Part shown: piece by piece, positions 54,666 through 64,000 of the stretch
Layout: the number at the start of each line of letters is the position of its first letter
Numbering within the stretch: position 1 is the stretch's first letter
Origin: a virus
Lineage: Duplodnaviria; Caudoviricetes
Virus record (IMG/VR): IMGVR_UViG_3300035682_000032
Coordinates: 649-64,648 of that record
DNA: 64,000 nucleotides
Reading direction: 5' to 3' (one strand)
Notes under the pieces: model-generated
The model's database searches: none
What the model was told of the DNA's origin: nothing
The model's input: the letters and a program-made list of their open reading frames with translations, nothing else
Made by a program: the position numbers and the translations under genes

Positions 54666-55184
54666 ATGATTCCAATTGTTGCATCCCTCCTCGGCACATT
54701 GGCCCAGAATGGTCTGGGCCTTTTGTCGTCTGCTATCCAAGCTAAAGGCAAAGAGGTTGTTGAGAACGCGCTTGGTGTAAAGATTTCCGACAACCCATCT
54801 GATGCTGAAGTCAGCAAACTGCGCCAGCTTCAGTTTGACCATGAAGAACGCTTGCTTGAACTCGGTATTGAGAAAGCTCGTATCGAGCAAGAAGAACTCC
54901 AAGCATTGCTCAAGGCGCAAGCCAACCAAGAAGATAACGTCAGCAAACGCTGGCAAGCAGACATGTCTTCTGATTCGTGGATGTCAAAGAATATTCGCCC
55001 CGGCACGCTTGTCTACATCTTGACCGCCTACTTGCTTTTTGCGGGTCTAAGCGCCGCAGGTATTGAGGTTAATGAGGCTTACGTTAACCTGCTCGGTCAA
55101 TGGGGCATGTTGGTCATGACTGCCTACTTTGGTGGCCGCACCGTTGAAAAGGTCATGGAAATGCGCAGAAAGGACAAAGAATGA
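54666..55184 (+). CDS. holin (GTA 3TM-like)
   Basis: RWQADM.SDSW.SKNIRP, two C-terminal TM segments, AYFGGRTVEK. Confidence 0.8.
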   Translation: MIPIVASLLGTLAQNGLGLLSSAIQAKGKEVVENALGVKISDNPSDAEVSKLRQLQFDHEERLLELGIEKARIEQEELQALLKAQANQEDNVSKRWQADMSSDSWMSKNIRPGTLVYILTAYLLFAGLSAAGIEVNEAYVNLLGQWGMLVMTAYFGGRTVEKVMEMRRKDKE

Positions 55185-55522
55185 GCCTGAGTCAAGAACA
55201 AGCTGCATTCCTACTGGATGCCTGCGCCCTCATCAAATACGCCACTGAGCAAGGATTCATGGTCACTGGGGGCGAATTAGCCCGCACACCTGAGCAACAG
55301 GCTTTGCATGTTAAGGCAGGGCGCTCCAAAACCATGAACTCTATCCACCTCAAACGCTGTGCCATCGACTTGAACTTCTTTAAGGATGGACAGATAATCT
55401 GGGACAAGGGCATCCTTGCTCCGCTCGGTGCATACTGGGAATCCCTCCACCCAAAAAACCGTTGGGGAGGCAATTTCAAGTCCTTGGTGGACTGCCCGCA
55501 TTTTGAACGGAACGTGGGGTAA
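55181..55522 (+). CDS. endolysin, peptidase M15 family
   Basis: RT.EQQ, SIH...AID, WGGNF..D.PHFE. Confidence 0.85.
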   Translation: MSLSQEQAAFLLDACALIKYATEQGFMVTGGELARTPEQQALHVKAGRSKTMNSIHLKRCAIDLNFFKDGQIIWDKGILAPLGAYWESLHPKNRWGGNFKSLVDCPHFERNVG

Positions 55523-55525
55523 ATC

Positions 55526-57631
55526 GTGCCACTAAAGAAGATACTGCTCAAGCCCGGTGTGAACCGTGAAAACACGCGATACACCAACGAAGGGGGCTGG
55601 TACGAGAGCGAGAAGATTCGCTTTCGTCAAGGCACGCCTGAAAAGATCGGCGGCTGGACACGTATCTCCTCGGCAACCTTCTTAGGGGTGTGCCGTTCAT
55701 TGTGGAACTGGGTGACCCTTGGCGGCATCAATCTGATTGGCGTTGGTACCAATCTCAAGTTCTATCTTGCAGCAGGCGGTATCTACAACGACATCACCCC
55801 CTTCCGCGATCAGGTCACGCTGACCAACCCGTTTGAAACATTTGTTGGCTCGCCAGTTGTTGAGGTGACTGATGCCAATGGTGGCTATATTGACGGCGAT
55901 TTTGTGACGTTTTACAACGCAACAGCCGTGGGTGGGCTGACCATCTTTGGCCAATACGAAATTACGGTCACTGGGGCCACCACATACACCATCACGGCAA
56001 GCGCAAACGCCACGTCAAGTGTGGCGGCAGGTGGCGGCACGGTCTATGCGCTGTATCAAATCAATGTTGGCCCTGCTTATGTGGTGCCGTTGGTTGGTTG
56101 GGGTGCTGGCCCTTGGGGCGCTGGCCCTTGGGGTATTGGTGAAGCATCTACGGACGCTATTCGTTTGTGGAGTCAGCAGAACTACGGCGAAGACTTGATC
56201 TTTGGCCCCCGCGAAGGCCCAATCTACTACTGGGATGCTACGTCTGGCTACACACCAATCACGTTCTCTGCAACCGTGGCCAACCCCACAGTGATCACTG
56301 CCGCTGCTGAATACGCTAACGGTACACCACTTCGCTTTGCACCTGACTCTGGGTCTACTATGCCGGTGGGCATTCTTCCCGGCGAGATGTATTACGTACG
56401 CAATGCCGCAGGTTCTTCGTTCAATATCTCACTGACTCCCTCGGGGGCGCTCATCCAAGTTACTGTTGCCGCTGTGGGTGTATGCCGTATCCTGTCAAAC
56501 GGATATAAGTTGGCTGACTTTGGAAGTGCCACGGACGTGCCAATCGAGCAGAACTATTTGTTGGTGTCTGACATCAGCCGGTTTGTGTTTGCGTTTGGTT
56601 GCAACGATTACGGCTCCTCTGTGGTTGACCCGATGTTGATTCGCTGGTCTGACCAAGAAGACCCGTTCAACTGGACACCCGCATCGACCAACCAAGCGGG
56701 TTTCTTGCGCTTGTCTCGTGGCTCTGAAATCGTCACGGCTACCCAGTCACGGCAAGAAGTTTTGGTGTGGACAGATGCCGCACTGTATTCACTCCAGTAC
56801 GTGGGTGCACCGATTGTCTGGGGTGCGCAGCTTGTGGGTGAGAACATCTCCATCGTGGGTCAAAACGCCGTGTCGTACGCCACGGGCGTGGCTTATTGGA
56901 TGGGCAAAGACAAGTTTTATAAATACGATGGTCGCACGCAGACATTGAACTGCGACTTGCGCCGCTACGTCTTTGAAGACATCAACACCTCGCAGTACGC
57001 GCAGGTGTGCTCAGGCACCAACGAAGGCTTTAATGAAATCTGGTGGTTCTATTGCTCCGCAAACTCTATCGACATTGACAAGTATGTGGTCTACAACTAC
57101 TTGGAAAACGTGTGGTACTACGGCAATATGGCACGCACCGCATGGCTGGACTCTGGCCTGCGTGACTACCCACTGGCTGCAACGTATTACAACAACATCG
57201 TGAATCATGAAGACGGGTTGGACGACAACGCTACAGCCACTACATTGCCGATTGTGGCTTCTATTATCTCGGCGCAGTTTGACTTGGATGATGGCCACAA
57301 CTTCATGTTTGTATGGCGCGTCTTGCCTGACGTTACGTTTGAAGGCTCTACGGCGGCTTCGCCCAGCGCTACGATGTACCTGTTGCCATTGAAGAACTCT
57401 GGCTCTGGGTACTCGGTTAATTCAGCAACGGATGCTGACCACTCTGTGGCCAACCAGAGTTTTGCATCCATCACACGGATTGCCACGCTGCCCATTGAAG
57501 AATTTACGGGGCAGATTTTTACTCGGGTGCGTGGTCGCCAGATGTCCATCAAGTTTGAGTCCACCGAGTTGGGCGTGAACTGGCAGTTGGGTGCACCTCG
57601 TATTGACATGCGCTCGGATGGCCGTCGATGA
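55526..57631 (+). CDS. tail/DNA stabilisation protein (P22 gp10/nozzle-like)
   Basis: 701 aa; IRWSDQED, EIWWFY, YVVYNY...WY.G beta-propeller-like pattern. Confidence 0.7.
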   Translation: MPLKKILLKPGVNRENTRYTNEGGWYESEKIRFRQGTPEKIGGWTRISSATFLGVCRSLWNWVTLGGINLIGVGTNLKFYLAAGGIYNDITPFRDQVTLTNPFETFVGSPVVEVTDANGGYIDGDFVTFYNATAVGGLTIFGQYEITVTGATTYTITASANATSSVAAGGGTVYALYQINVGPAYVVPLVGWGAGPWGAGPWGIGEASTDAIRLWSQQNYGEDLIFGPREGPIYYWDATSGYTPITFSATVANPTVITAAAEYANGTPLRFAPDSGSTMPVGILPGEMYYVRNAAGSSFNISLTPSGALIQVTVAAVGVCRILSNGYKLADFGSATDVPIEQNYLLVSDISRFVFAFGCNDYGSSVVDPMLIRWSDQEDPFNWTPASTNQAGFLRLSRGSEIVTATQSRQEVLVWTDAALYSLQYVGAPIVWGAQLVGENISIVGQNAVSYATGVAYWMGKDKFYKYDGRTQTLNCDLRRYVFEDINTSQYAQVCSGTNEGFNEIWWFYCSANSIDIDKYVVYNYLENVWYYGNMARTAWLDSGLRDYPLAATYYNNIVNHEDGLDDNATATTLPIVASIISAQFDLDDGHNFMFVWRVLPDVTFEGSTAASPSATMYLLPLKNSGSGYSVNSATDADHSVANQSFASITRIATLPIEEFTGQIFTRVRGRQMSIKFESTELGVNWQLGAPRIDMRSDGRR

Positions 57632-58257
57632 TTGTCACCTCTGAGTTTGAACTTCAACGCATCTCGCCGCCTGCACTGCCGCAAGCGCCGGAGGATTACC
57701 AGCGCCAGTATCAAGATCAGTTGAACAGCGTCTTGCGGTTGTACTTCACCCGCTTGCAAAGTATCGTGGGGCAACTGGAAACACTATCAGTTCCGTACGG
57801 AGCTTTTTCCAGCGACCAAGATCAAACTGCTGTGGTGAACACTGCTACGTTGATGACGCTGAACACCACGGATTTTGCAAATGGCGTATCAATCAGTTCT
57901 TCCAAAATCACGGTGGCCACGGCAGGGGTATACAACTTGCAATTTAGTGCCCAGTTTCAAAATACGGATACTGCTTTCCAAGATGTGTACATCTGGCTTC
58001 GTCAAAACGGTGTAGACATTCCCGGATCAACAGGCTTTGTTTCTATTCCAAACAGACACGCTGGTACGGATGGGCACGCAATCGTTGGATGGAACTATTT
58101 TCTAAATATGGCGGCAAATGACTACGTTGAGATTTATTGGTCTGTGCCTAACGTTGCTGTAACCATCCAGCATCTTGCCGCTTCTGGCACGCCAACTAAA
58201 CCATCGACCCAATCGGTTGTTGCTACGATGTCTTTTGTTTCTACGATTCCGCCGTAA
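57628..58257 (+). CDS. tail needle/C1q-like virion protein
   Basis: Short coiled N-terminus followed by AGVYNLQFSAQ...NDYVEIYW. Confidence 0.55.
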   Translation: MIVTSEFELQRISPPALPQAPEDYQRQYQDQLNSVLRLYFTRLQSIVGQLETLSVPYGAFSSDQDQTAVVNTATLMTLNTTDFANGVSISSSKITVATAGVYNLQFSAQFQNTDTAFQDVYIWLRQNGVDIPGSTGFVSIPNRHAGTDGHAIVGWNYFLNMAANDYVEIYWSVPNVAVTIQHLAASGTPTKPSTQSVVATMSFVSTIPP

Positions 58258-58341
58258 TACCGTGTAACAACGCACCGCTTGACGTTGATTCGTACCTCGC
58301 CGTGAGAGATACTATGCGTCCCTCTTTACAAAGGTGCGAAC

Positions 58342-58623
58342 ATGAACGAACTTGAACTCTTTAACCGGTTAGCGCGTCACGTCCGACCCGCTTTTACCGC
58401 CTACGTACCCATCGAAACGATGGACATCCCCTTCCCTGAAACGGGTCTGGACAGCATGGATGGGCTGATGATGCTCATCTACTTGGAAGACATCTACGGT
58501 CTGGACGACGAGATAGCCAAGCATTTCACATTTACCACCCCCGCTGAACTGATGGCGCAGGTGCACCAACACAAAACCCAAGAACCCGAATCGGTCGATG
58601 CCGCGATGGAGTTGGCCAAATGA
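58342..58623 (+). CDS. acyl carrier protein
   Basis: Acidic 93 aa with GLDSMD phosphopantetheine-attachment motif and LEDIYG helix end. Confidence 0.8.
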   Translation: MNELELFNRLARHVRPAFTAYVPIETMDIPFPETGLDSMDGLMMLIYLEDIYGLDDEIAKHFTFTTPAELMAQVHQHKTQEPESVDAAMELAK

Positions 58624-59738
58624 TTGCGCTAACCCACACCCGAACCATATCCACCGAGGCCACAGAACTGCTTGAGGACATTTCTTTCCCTCAGCGGGTA
58701 CACTGGCTACCCGACACCTACGCTCGCGTCTCCACGGGCCTGTTTTACCCCCCGCATCGGCTTGCCGAGAAGGTGCTTGACCCTGAGTTAATCAAACTCC
58801 TGCGGGATACCCCATCCAAGAAGACGGCGTTCATCTTGGCGGCAGGCAACGCTCACTTTGCTGGCATCCCCTCATCCCCTCGGGATTCCCAACTGTCATA
58901 TAGGTACAAACCCTTACCTTTGACATTGACGCAGGTCTACGCCAGCCGAATTGCCCAAGCGTGCGGGGCGTCTGATCACATCGTGACCGACTCTACGGCC
59001 TGCGCATCCAGCCTCAAGGCGCTCATGGACGTGCAGACTTTGCTGAACTTCTACGGGTTTACCCGAGTAGTTGTTCTGTCCGTGGAGGACGCCGTATCAA
59101 ATCTGGTACTGGAGTTCTTTGGTGAGACCAAGGCATGTCTGACTGCCAAGCGTGAGGCTGATGAAGGCATCGTCCCGTCTGCTTTTGACTCCAAGAACGG
59201 TAGTTTTCACGTTGGCCAAGGCGCTGTCTTTGCCGTCTTTGAGTCTGATGAAGGGGTGGCTTCGTCGGGGTTTAAACCTCTGGCCAAACTCATGGGGGCG
59301 TACACCGCCAGTGAGCCATGCACCAACGCCCTTGGGCAACTTGATTCTGGCCTTGGGTTTGTCAAAGCGGCGCAAGGTGCCATTGAAGTTGCGGGTGTTT
59401 CAAGCAGTGCAGTACGCATTGTCAAAACTCACGGGACTGGGACACTATCCAATAACGTGTCAGAACGCAATGCTTTATCGCAAATTCTCCCGGATGGCTT
59501 CGTTGCCACTTCCTATAAACCTGTCATTGGGCATACAATGGGAGCCAGTGGGCTGCTGGAAACTGCGCTCTTGGTTGACTCTTTGCGGGAAGGAACCATG
59601 CCAGCGATTAAAAACCGAACCGAAGAAGACCGCGTATTCTTATCGGAGCCCTTACCGACCCCTGAAGGATTGGTGCTTAGCCTTGCGGCGGGTATGGGGA
59701 ATGTTTATTCAGCCGCAGTGCTGTCCATAGGAGCCTGA
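58620..59738 (+). CDS. beta-ketoacyl-ACP synthase (FabB/FabF-like, divergent)
   Basis: STACASS (Cys), KTHGTGT (His), SYKPVIGHTMGASG (Lys/His), GQGA, AAGMG. Confidence 0.88.
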   Translation: MIALTHTRTISTEATELLEDISFPQRVHWLPDTYARVSTGLFYPPHRLAEKVLDPELIKLLRDTPSKKTAFILAAGNAHFAGIPSSPRDSQLSYRYKPLPLTLTQVYASRIAQACGASDHIVTDSTACASSLKALMDVQTLLNFYGFTRVVVLSVEDAVSNLVLEFFGETKACLTAKREADEGIVPSAFDSKNGSFHVGQGAVFAVFESDEGVASSGFKPLAKLMGAYTASEPCTNALGQLDSGLGFVKAAQGAIEVAGVSSSAVRIVKTHGTGTLSNNVSERNALSQILPDGFVATSYKPVIGHTMGASGLLETALLVDSLREGTMPAIKNRTEEDRVFLSEPLPTPEGLVLSLAAGMGNVYSAAVLSIGA

Positions 59739-59740
59739 CC

Positions 59741-60196
59741 ATGCAGCTTGTAGATAGTAACAAAGAAGAATTAGACACCTCCACCATCATTGCACGTGCT
59801 GTGGGGGAAGCCAAAGACGCTGGCCAGTTACCCAAAAACGTGACCCTGCAAGCGGCCATCCTCTCCGTCATCTCCGAAGGCTCTATGCCCAACACCAAAG
59901 TTGAGCAAATTGGCAACACTGTGTTCATGTCGCATTACAGCGAAGACGGTAAAGAAGTTGCCATGCGTGCGTTTAACGCGGATACTGCGCGGAACTATTT
60001 GGAAAGCTCCATCAAGTACGTCAAAGCATTGCCGGAACAGGGAGTTGAACGCATGACCAGCGACTTCTCAGACAAAAAGATTTTGCAGTTGTTCAACACA
60101 ATCGCTCGCCGCCCCGAACTTCAAGAGTGGGGCATGCAAGTGTATAAATTGAACACAGGTGCAATGCGTGCATACGTCGTATTAAAGGGTGCGTAA
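59741..60196 (+). CDS. hypothetical protein (possible GNAT-like acyltransferase)
   Basis: 151 aa with alternating alpha/beta pattern, located between tail genes and ejection proteins. Fold is inferred only. Confidence 0.5.
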   Translation: MQLVDSNKEELDTSTIIARAVGEAKDAGQLPKNVTLQAAILSVISEGSMPNTKVEQIGNTVFMSHYSEDGKEVAMRAFNADTARNYLESSIKYVKALPEQGVERMTSDFSDKKILQLFNTIARRPELQEWGMQVYKLNTGAMRAYVVLKGA

Positions 60197-63100
60197 TGGG
60201 TGCAGTTGCTGATTTTGTTGGGGACGTAATAGGCGCAGTTGGTGATGCCATATCGTCAGTTGGTAAAGCCGTCTTTAAGTTGGCTGATTTTGTCGTTGAC
60301 AAGATCATCGACCCAGTTCTTTCAACAGTCAGCAATGTTATCCAAGCCGCGCTTGATAACCCAATAAAAACCATTGCGCAGGTTGCTGCGATTGCCACGG
60401 GTAACGCATGGGCACTCCCACTCATTGAAGGTGCAGATGTTGCCGCAAAGGGTGGCGATTTGGGGGATGTTCTTGAAGCCACTGCCAAAGCGTACGTGGC
60501 CCAAGAGATTGGTTCCTATGTTGGCGGAAAAGCCACTACCGCAGTAGCCAAAGCTACTGACAGCGCGATTGCAGGGCAGATTTTTGGTAGTGGCGCAGCC
60601 GCTGCGTCTGTTGCAGTTGTAACCAATCAAGACCCCCTCAAAGCGTTTATCTCTGGCGGTGTGGGTGCAGCTACCGGCGCAGTGCTGGGTAAAGTTGATG
60701 AGATGACAGGGGGTAAGTTTAAAACACTGCCTCCTACCGCACAGGCGGCTATTCAATCAGCCATCACTGCGCAGATTACAAACAACCCCAACCCGTCTGC
60801 TGCCATCATGGGCAGCATTATCTCTGCCTCCGGCATTGTGACGGACGCAATCAAGTCGTTTGATCCTGACGGTACAAAACTTGACGCCACTCAGCGCACC
60901 ATCTTGACCGATGTGCTCATGGGTACAGCCACTGCCGCGTTGACTGGTGGTAAAGCGTCCAACGTCATCCAAGCCGCCATGATGAAAGCAGGCTCTAAAG
61001 CTCTGGGCGACATGGCCACGGGCGCGTTTAAAACAGCTACCAGCGAAACCGCAAAGGCTTATGGAGCCGCAGATGCAGCCGCAGGTAAAGTAGATGCAAA
61101 CATCGCAGCGCAAAAAGCCGCAGCATGGGAGTACAACCACAATGCCACGCAACTGCAAGAGCGGATTGCAGAACAAAACAGACTTAGCGACGCATACAAC
61201 GCCGCAGTCAAAGCGTTTGACGCTGACCCAACCGAAGAAAACGGTAAAGCCGCAAACGCTGCAATCACCAAGTACAACGAGTACGTCACAGCGTTGAATA
61301 AAGACTACAACGAGTCGTACAAACCACGTCTTGATAAATACGGCGCAGAGTTAGACACCCTGAAGCAACAACATGCGGTGTTGACTGGTGACTACGAAAA
61401 AGCCATGCAAGCGTTTGGCACCAAGACAGATACATTGTCCGACGCGCTTGACCCCATCTACCGTACAAGTAACCGTGCGTTTGTCGAAGCGATGGACGAA
61501 AAATTCAACGCTGACCAATACCGCAAACTTAACGGGCTTGGCGCGGATGTTGATGTCTACGATCACTACTTGTCCAAGGGCCAGTTTGAAGGTGCACCAA
61601 CAAACAACAAAGCCGCTGAGTCAGTAATTGCAACAGAGCGTACACGTCTAATTACTCAGGCGCTGGAAAGCAAAGGCGTGACTCTGGCCACGGCTGACCC
61701 TGCCATGGTGTCCAAGATGCTGGACAACATCGACAAGAACTACGGCAACAATGTTTCAGCACTCAAAGCTGCGTCTATTCAAGATGTGATCAACGGCAAC
61801 ATCACGTCGGTCAATCAGTTGGTAAGTGATCAACGAAACGGTGTTCTAAGAATTGAAGTTGCCGGTAGTTCTTACGGTGAATGGCAAAAGCCTTCATCCG
61901 ACAGATTTACATTACCTGCGGGTATGAAACTGGCTTCGTATGCAGCGTTTGATAGTGGTCGAGCCAGTCTGGTATACGACAACAAAGGAGCCCCCGTATG
62001 GATCGAAGCCGACCCCAGCACTGCTGTGGCAACGTGGAATCCAGCGACCGGCAACTATGAACTCCCGGCTGTCACAATAATAGGCAAGAAGCCTACTGAG
62101 CAAGAAAAAATTATTGCCATGGCCGAATTGGGCGGCTCGGCTGCTGTCAACGGTGTCGTGAGTGATGCCATGATCAACGCCGCCAAAACGGTCGTTGGCT
62201 GGGCACAGCAAACAGGTAGTTCCACACTGATTAACACCACAGCCAACGTGCTGAAAGCTGGTGGTGGTTTCCTTGAATCTATCAACGGTATATCCGTGCT
62301 GATGGGTGCTGCACCGAAAACTACGGCGTTGGGCAAGTTTTCAAACGCTCTGAATGATCTTGGCAAAGCAAGTAATACTGCGGAGTACCAAGCTGCCGTC
62401 AAAAACATGAACGCTATGATTGGCGATGCCAAAGGCGTTGGCGGCACGCTCAAAGCAATCTACGGTGCATTCAAGTCTGCCCCACTGCAATTTGTTGCAG
62501 AGTACGTTGGCGTTGAAGGTATCCAAGAAATTGCACCGCTTCTTATTGGTGGTGTTGTTGCCTCGGGTGCCAAAGGTGCTGCGGCGGCGTTGAAGTATGG
62601 CCAAGCTGTTGCCGCAAAGATGGGCAGTACCGCAGGTATGACCGCAGGTATCATGACTGATATTGTTGAGTCGGCTGGCGGCGCTGCAACGGGTGCGTAC
62701 GACGAAGCGTACAAAACGGCCATCAAAGTAGGCAAGTCTCCAGCGGATGCCGATAAGATTGCCATGGAGATTGCACAACGCCAAGCGTTTGTTGCTGCGG
62801 CTACTACTGCCGTGTCGATGGGTCTTGGTGGTGCAGCCCTTGAGAAAGCTCTCTTAGGTAGGTCTGGTACGGGACTCGGCGATGCGTTGCAAACTCTTGG
62901 TGACTTTGCCAAGACCGGCACAAAGATAGCTATCAAAGAAGGTACTTCCGAAGCTGGCGAGGAAGGTATCACGCAAGCTGCACTTGAAGGGCAACTGTAC
63001 AAACTCGACAAAACTCGTGACGTTGCCAAAGAGATCACACAGGCCGCTGCGTTTGGTTTCATTGCAGGTGGCCCTATTGCTGGAGGTGCGTATGCCGCAA

Positions 63101-64000
63101 GCCGTACAGGGGATGTCATCTCCAACGCTGTCCAAGGCAACCCACAGATCGCCAACATTCTGGAGACTAACAAGGGTAACCCCGCCGCCGCTGCTACTGC
63201 ACTGGCCAACTTTGGTGTCACGGATAACACCATCAAGTCTAACTTGATGAACACAATTGACAACGCCAATTACACCAGCAGCGACGAAGCTGCTACGGCG
63301 CTGGCCAAGCGTGATGACTACACATACTCTGATGCAGATGTCAAAGCACTGACAGGTCAGGGCACCGACCTTACGTTGGCAAGTCGCGCCGAAGCGTATG
63401 TTGACCCCAAGGTGTTCGACCTTGCTGAAGTCAAAGCCGCTGCCGCCGCCGAAGGCTATACGCTCACAGACGAAGAAGCCGCTAAGTTGGTTGGCCAAAA
63501 GGATGAAGCTGCCGCTACGACTGCGGCACGTTCCGAGTTTGACCCCAAAGCAACCAACTACGACGAAGCCAAATCATTCTTTACTGCCAAGGGGTATACA
63601 CCCTCTGCGGATGAGATTAAGCAGTTCGTTGGTAGCAAGGCAGAGTCCACACAAACACAGGCGGTTACCGATTACGTCAACCCACGTCAGGTGACGTTTG
63701 ACGAAGCCAAGAAGTATCTGGTGGACAGTGGATACACCCCCACTGATGCGGATGTCAACCGGTTCGTTGGACAGGTCAATGAAGCCGACCAAGCTACAAA
63801 AATTACAGCGTGGGTTGACCCACGTGTTGTTGATGAGGGTGAAGTCAAGGCCGCGTACGAAGCACTGGGGCTGACCAAACCTACGGCTGCTGACCTCAAG
63901 AAACTGATGGGCCAGTACGACGAGTCTGGGTTGACTGCCAAGGCCACTGACTACCTGCCAACTGCACGGTACAACTCTTTGGTCGAGCAGATCAACAACA
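60196..64000 (+). CDS. giant putative ejection/internal virion protein, 3' truncated (>1268 aa; absent from the ORF track)
   Basis: TAATG-coupled start MGAVADFVGDVIGAVG; frame 1 appears open to the window end. Ala/Gly-rich hydrophobic blocks, coiled coil, ~45-aa repeats. Confidence 0.8.
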   Translation, partial: MGAVADFVGDVIGAVGDAISSVGKAVFKLADFVVDKIIDPVLSTVSNVIQAALDNPIKTIAQVAAIATGNAWALPLIEGADVAAKGGDLGDVLEATAKAYVAQEIGSYVGGKATTAVAKATDSAIAGQIFGSGAAAASVAVVTNQDPLKAFISGGVGAATGAVLGKVDEMTGGKFKTLPPTAQAAIQSAITAQITNNPNPSAAIMGSIISASGIVTDAIKSFDPDGTKLDATQRTILTDVLMGTATAALTGGKASNVIQAAMMKAGSKALGDMATGAFKTATSETAKAYGAADAAAGKVDANIAAQKAAAWEYNHNATQLQERIAEQNRLSDAYNAAVKAFDADPTEENGKAANAAITKYNEYVTALNKDYNESYKPRLDKYGAELDTLKQQHAVLTGDYEKAMQAFGTKTDTLSDALDPIYRTSNRAFVEAMDEKFNADQYRKLNGLGADVDVYDHYLSKGQFEGAPTNNKAAESVIATERTRLITQALESKGVTLATADPAMVSKMLDNIDKNYGNNVSALKAASIQDVINGNITSVNQLVSDQRNGVLRIEVAGSSYGEWQKPSSDRFTLPAGMKLASYAAFDSGRASLVYDNKGAPVWIEADPSTAVATWNPATGNYELPAVTIIGKKPTEQEKIIAMAELGGSAAVNGVVSDAMINAAKTVVGWAQQTGSSTLINTTANVLKAGGGFLESINGISVLMGAAPKTTALGKFSNALNDLGKASNTAEYQAAVKNMNAMIGDAKGVGGTLKAIYGAFKSAPLQFVAEYVGVEGIQEIAPLLIGGVVASGAKGAAAALKYGQAVAAKMGSTAGMTAGIMTDIVESAGGAATGAYDEAYKTAIKVGKSPADADKIAMEIAQRQAFVAAATTAVSMGLGGAALEKALLGRSGTGLGDALQTLGDFAKTGTKIAIKEGTSEAGEEGITQAALEGQLYKLDKTRDVAKEITQAAAFGFIAGGPIAGGAYAASRTGDVISNAVQGNPQIANILETNKGNPAAAATALANFGVTDNTIKSNLMNTIDNANYTSSDEAATALAKRDDYTYSDADVKALTGQGTDLTLASRAEAYVDPKVFDLAEVKAAAAAEGYTLTDEEAAKLVGQKDEAAATTAARSEFDPKATNYDEAKSFFTAKGYTPSADEIKQFVGSKAESTQTQAVTDYVNPRQVTFDEAKKYLVDSGYTPTDADVNRFVGQVNEADQATKITAWVDPRVVDEGEVKAAYEALGLTKPTAADLKKLMGQYDESGLTAKATDYLPTARYNSLVEQINN

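Noticed and set aside
58279-58315. Independent promoter for the ACP-KAS cassette
   Set aside because: TACTAT is present, but the -35 candidates (TTGATT, TTGACG) are 19 and 25 nt away; too weak to call.
59152-59730. 192-aa alternative-frame ORF inside the ketosynthase
   Set aside because: No RBS and an Arg/Leu/Pro-rich, non-protein-like composition.
1-64000. tRNA, rRNA, integrase, IS elements, introns/inteins
   Set aside because: None recognised by eye; polymerase, terminase and helicase appear uninterrupted. tRNAscan-SE and HMM searches would be needed to exclude them formally.

Overview
The window is most of a tailed dsDNA bacteriophage genome with podovirus-like organisation: a P22-type portal and tail-stabilisation gene, several very large putative ejection/internal virion proteins, and no tape measure, sheath or integrase that I could recognise. 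A leftward early/replication arm (12.1-33.3 kb) carries a primase-DUF927 protein, an SSB-like protein, an SNF2 helicase, HNH and PD-(D/E)XK nucleases, a family-A DNA polymerase, VRR-NUC, a Lar-like protein, an AAA+/VWA pair and a TraR-like protein. A rightward late arm (33.9-64 kb, probably continuing into 1-12 kb) carries terminases, portal, GroES, scaffold, capsid, a cluster of small basic proteins, tail fibre, lysis genes and ejection proteins. Main unexplained signals: (1) a candidate ~74-nt sRNA at the convergence point of the two arms, whose seed is complementary to a GGA(G)AAACGAAG-type motif at the ribosome-binding sites of 6-8 leftward genes; (2) an ACP + ketosynthase + small-protein cassette translationally coupled to a giant Met-Gly-starting virion protein, which may be a phage protein-lipidation system; (3) a [FYM]xxGG motif shared by many virion proteins; (4) six copies of a 17-bp palindrome, a ~60-bp phased C-tract array and an AAACGAACA array in the control region; (5) an overprinted gene inside the 2202-aa protein and two pseudoknot candidates. 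All product calls rest on motifs read by eye and on synteny; no database searches were run.
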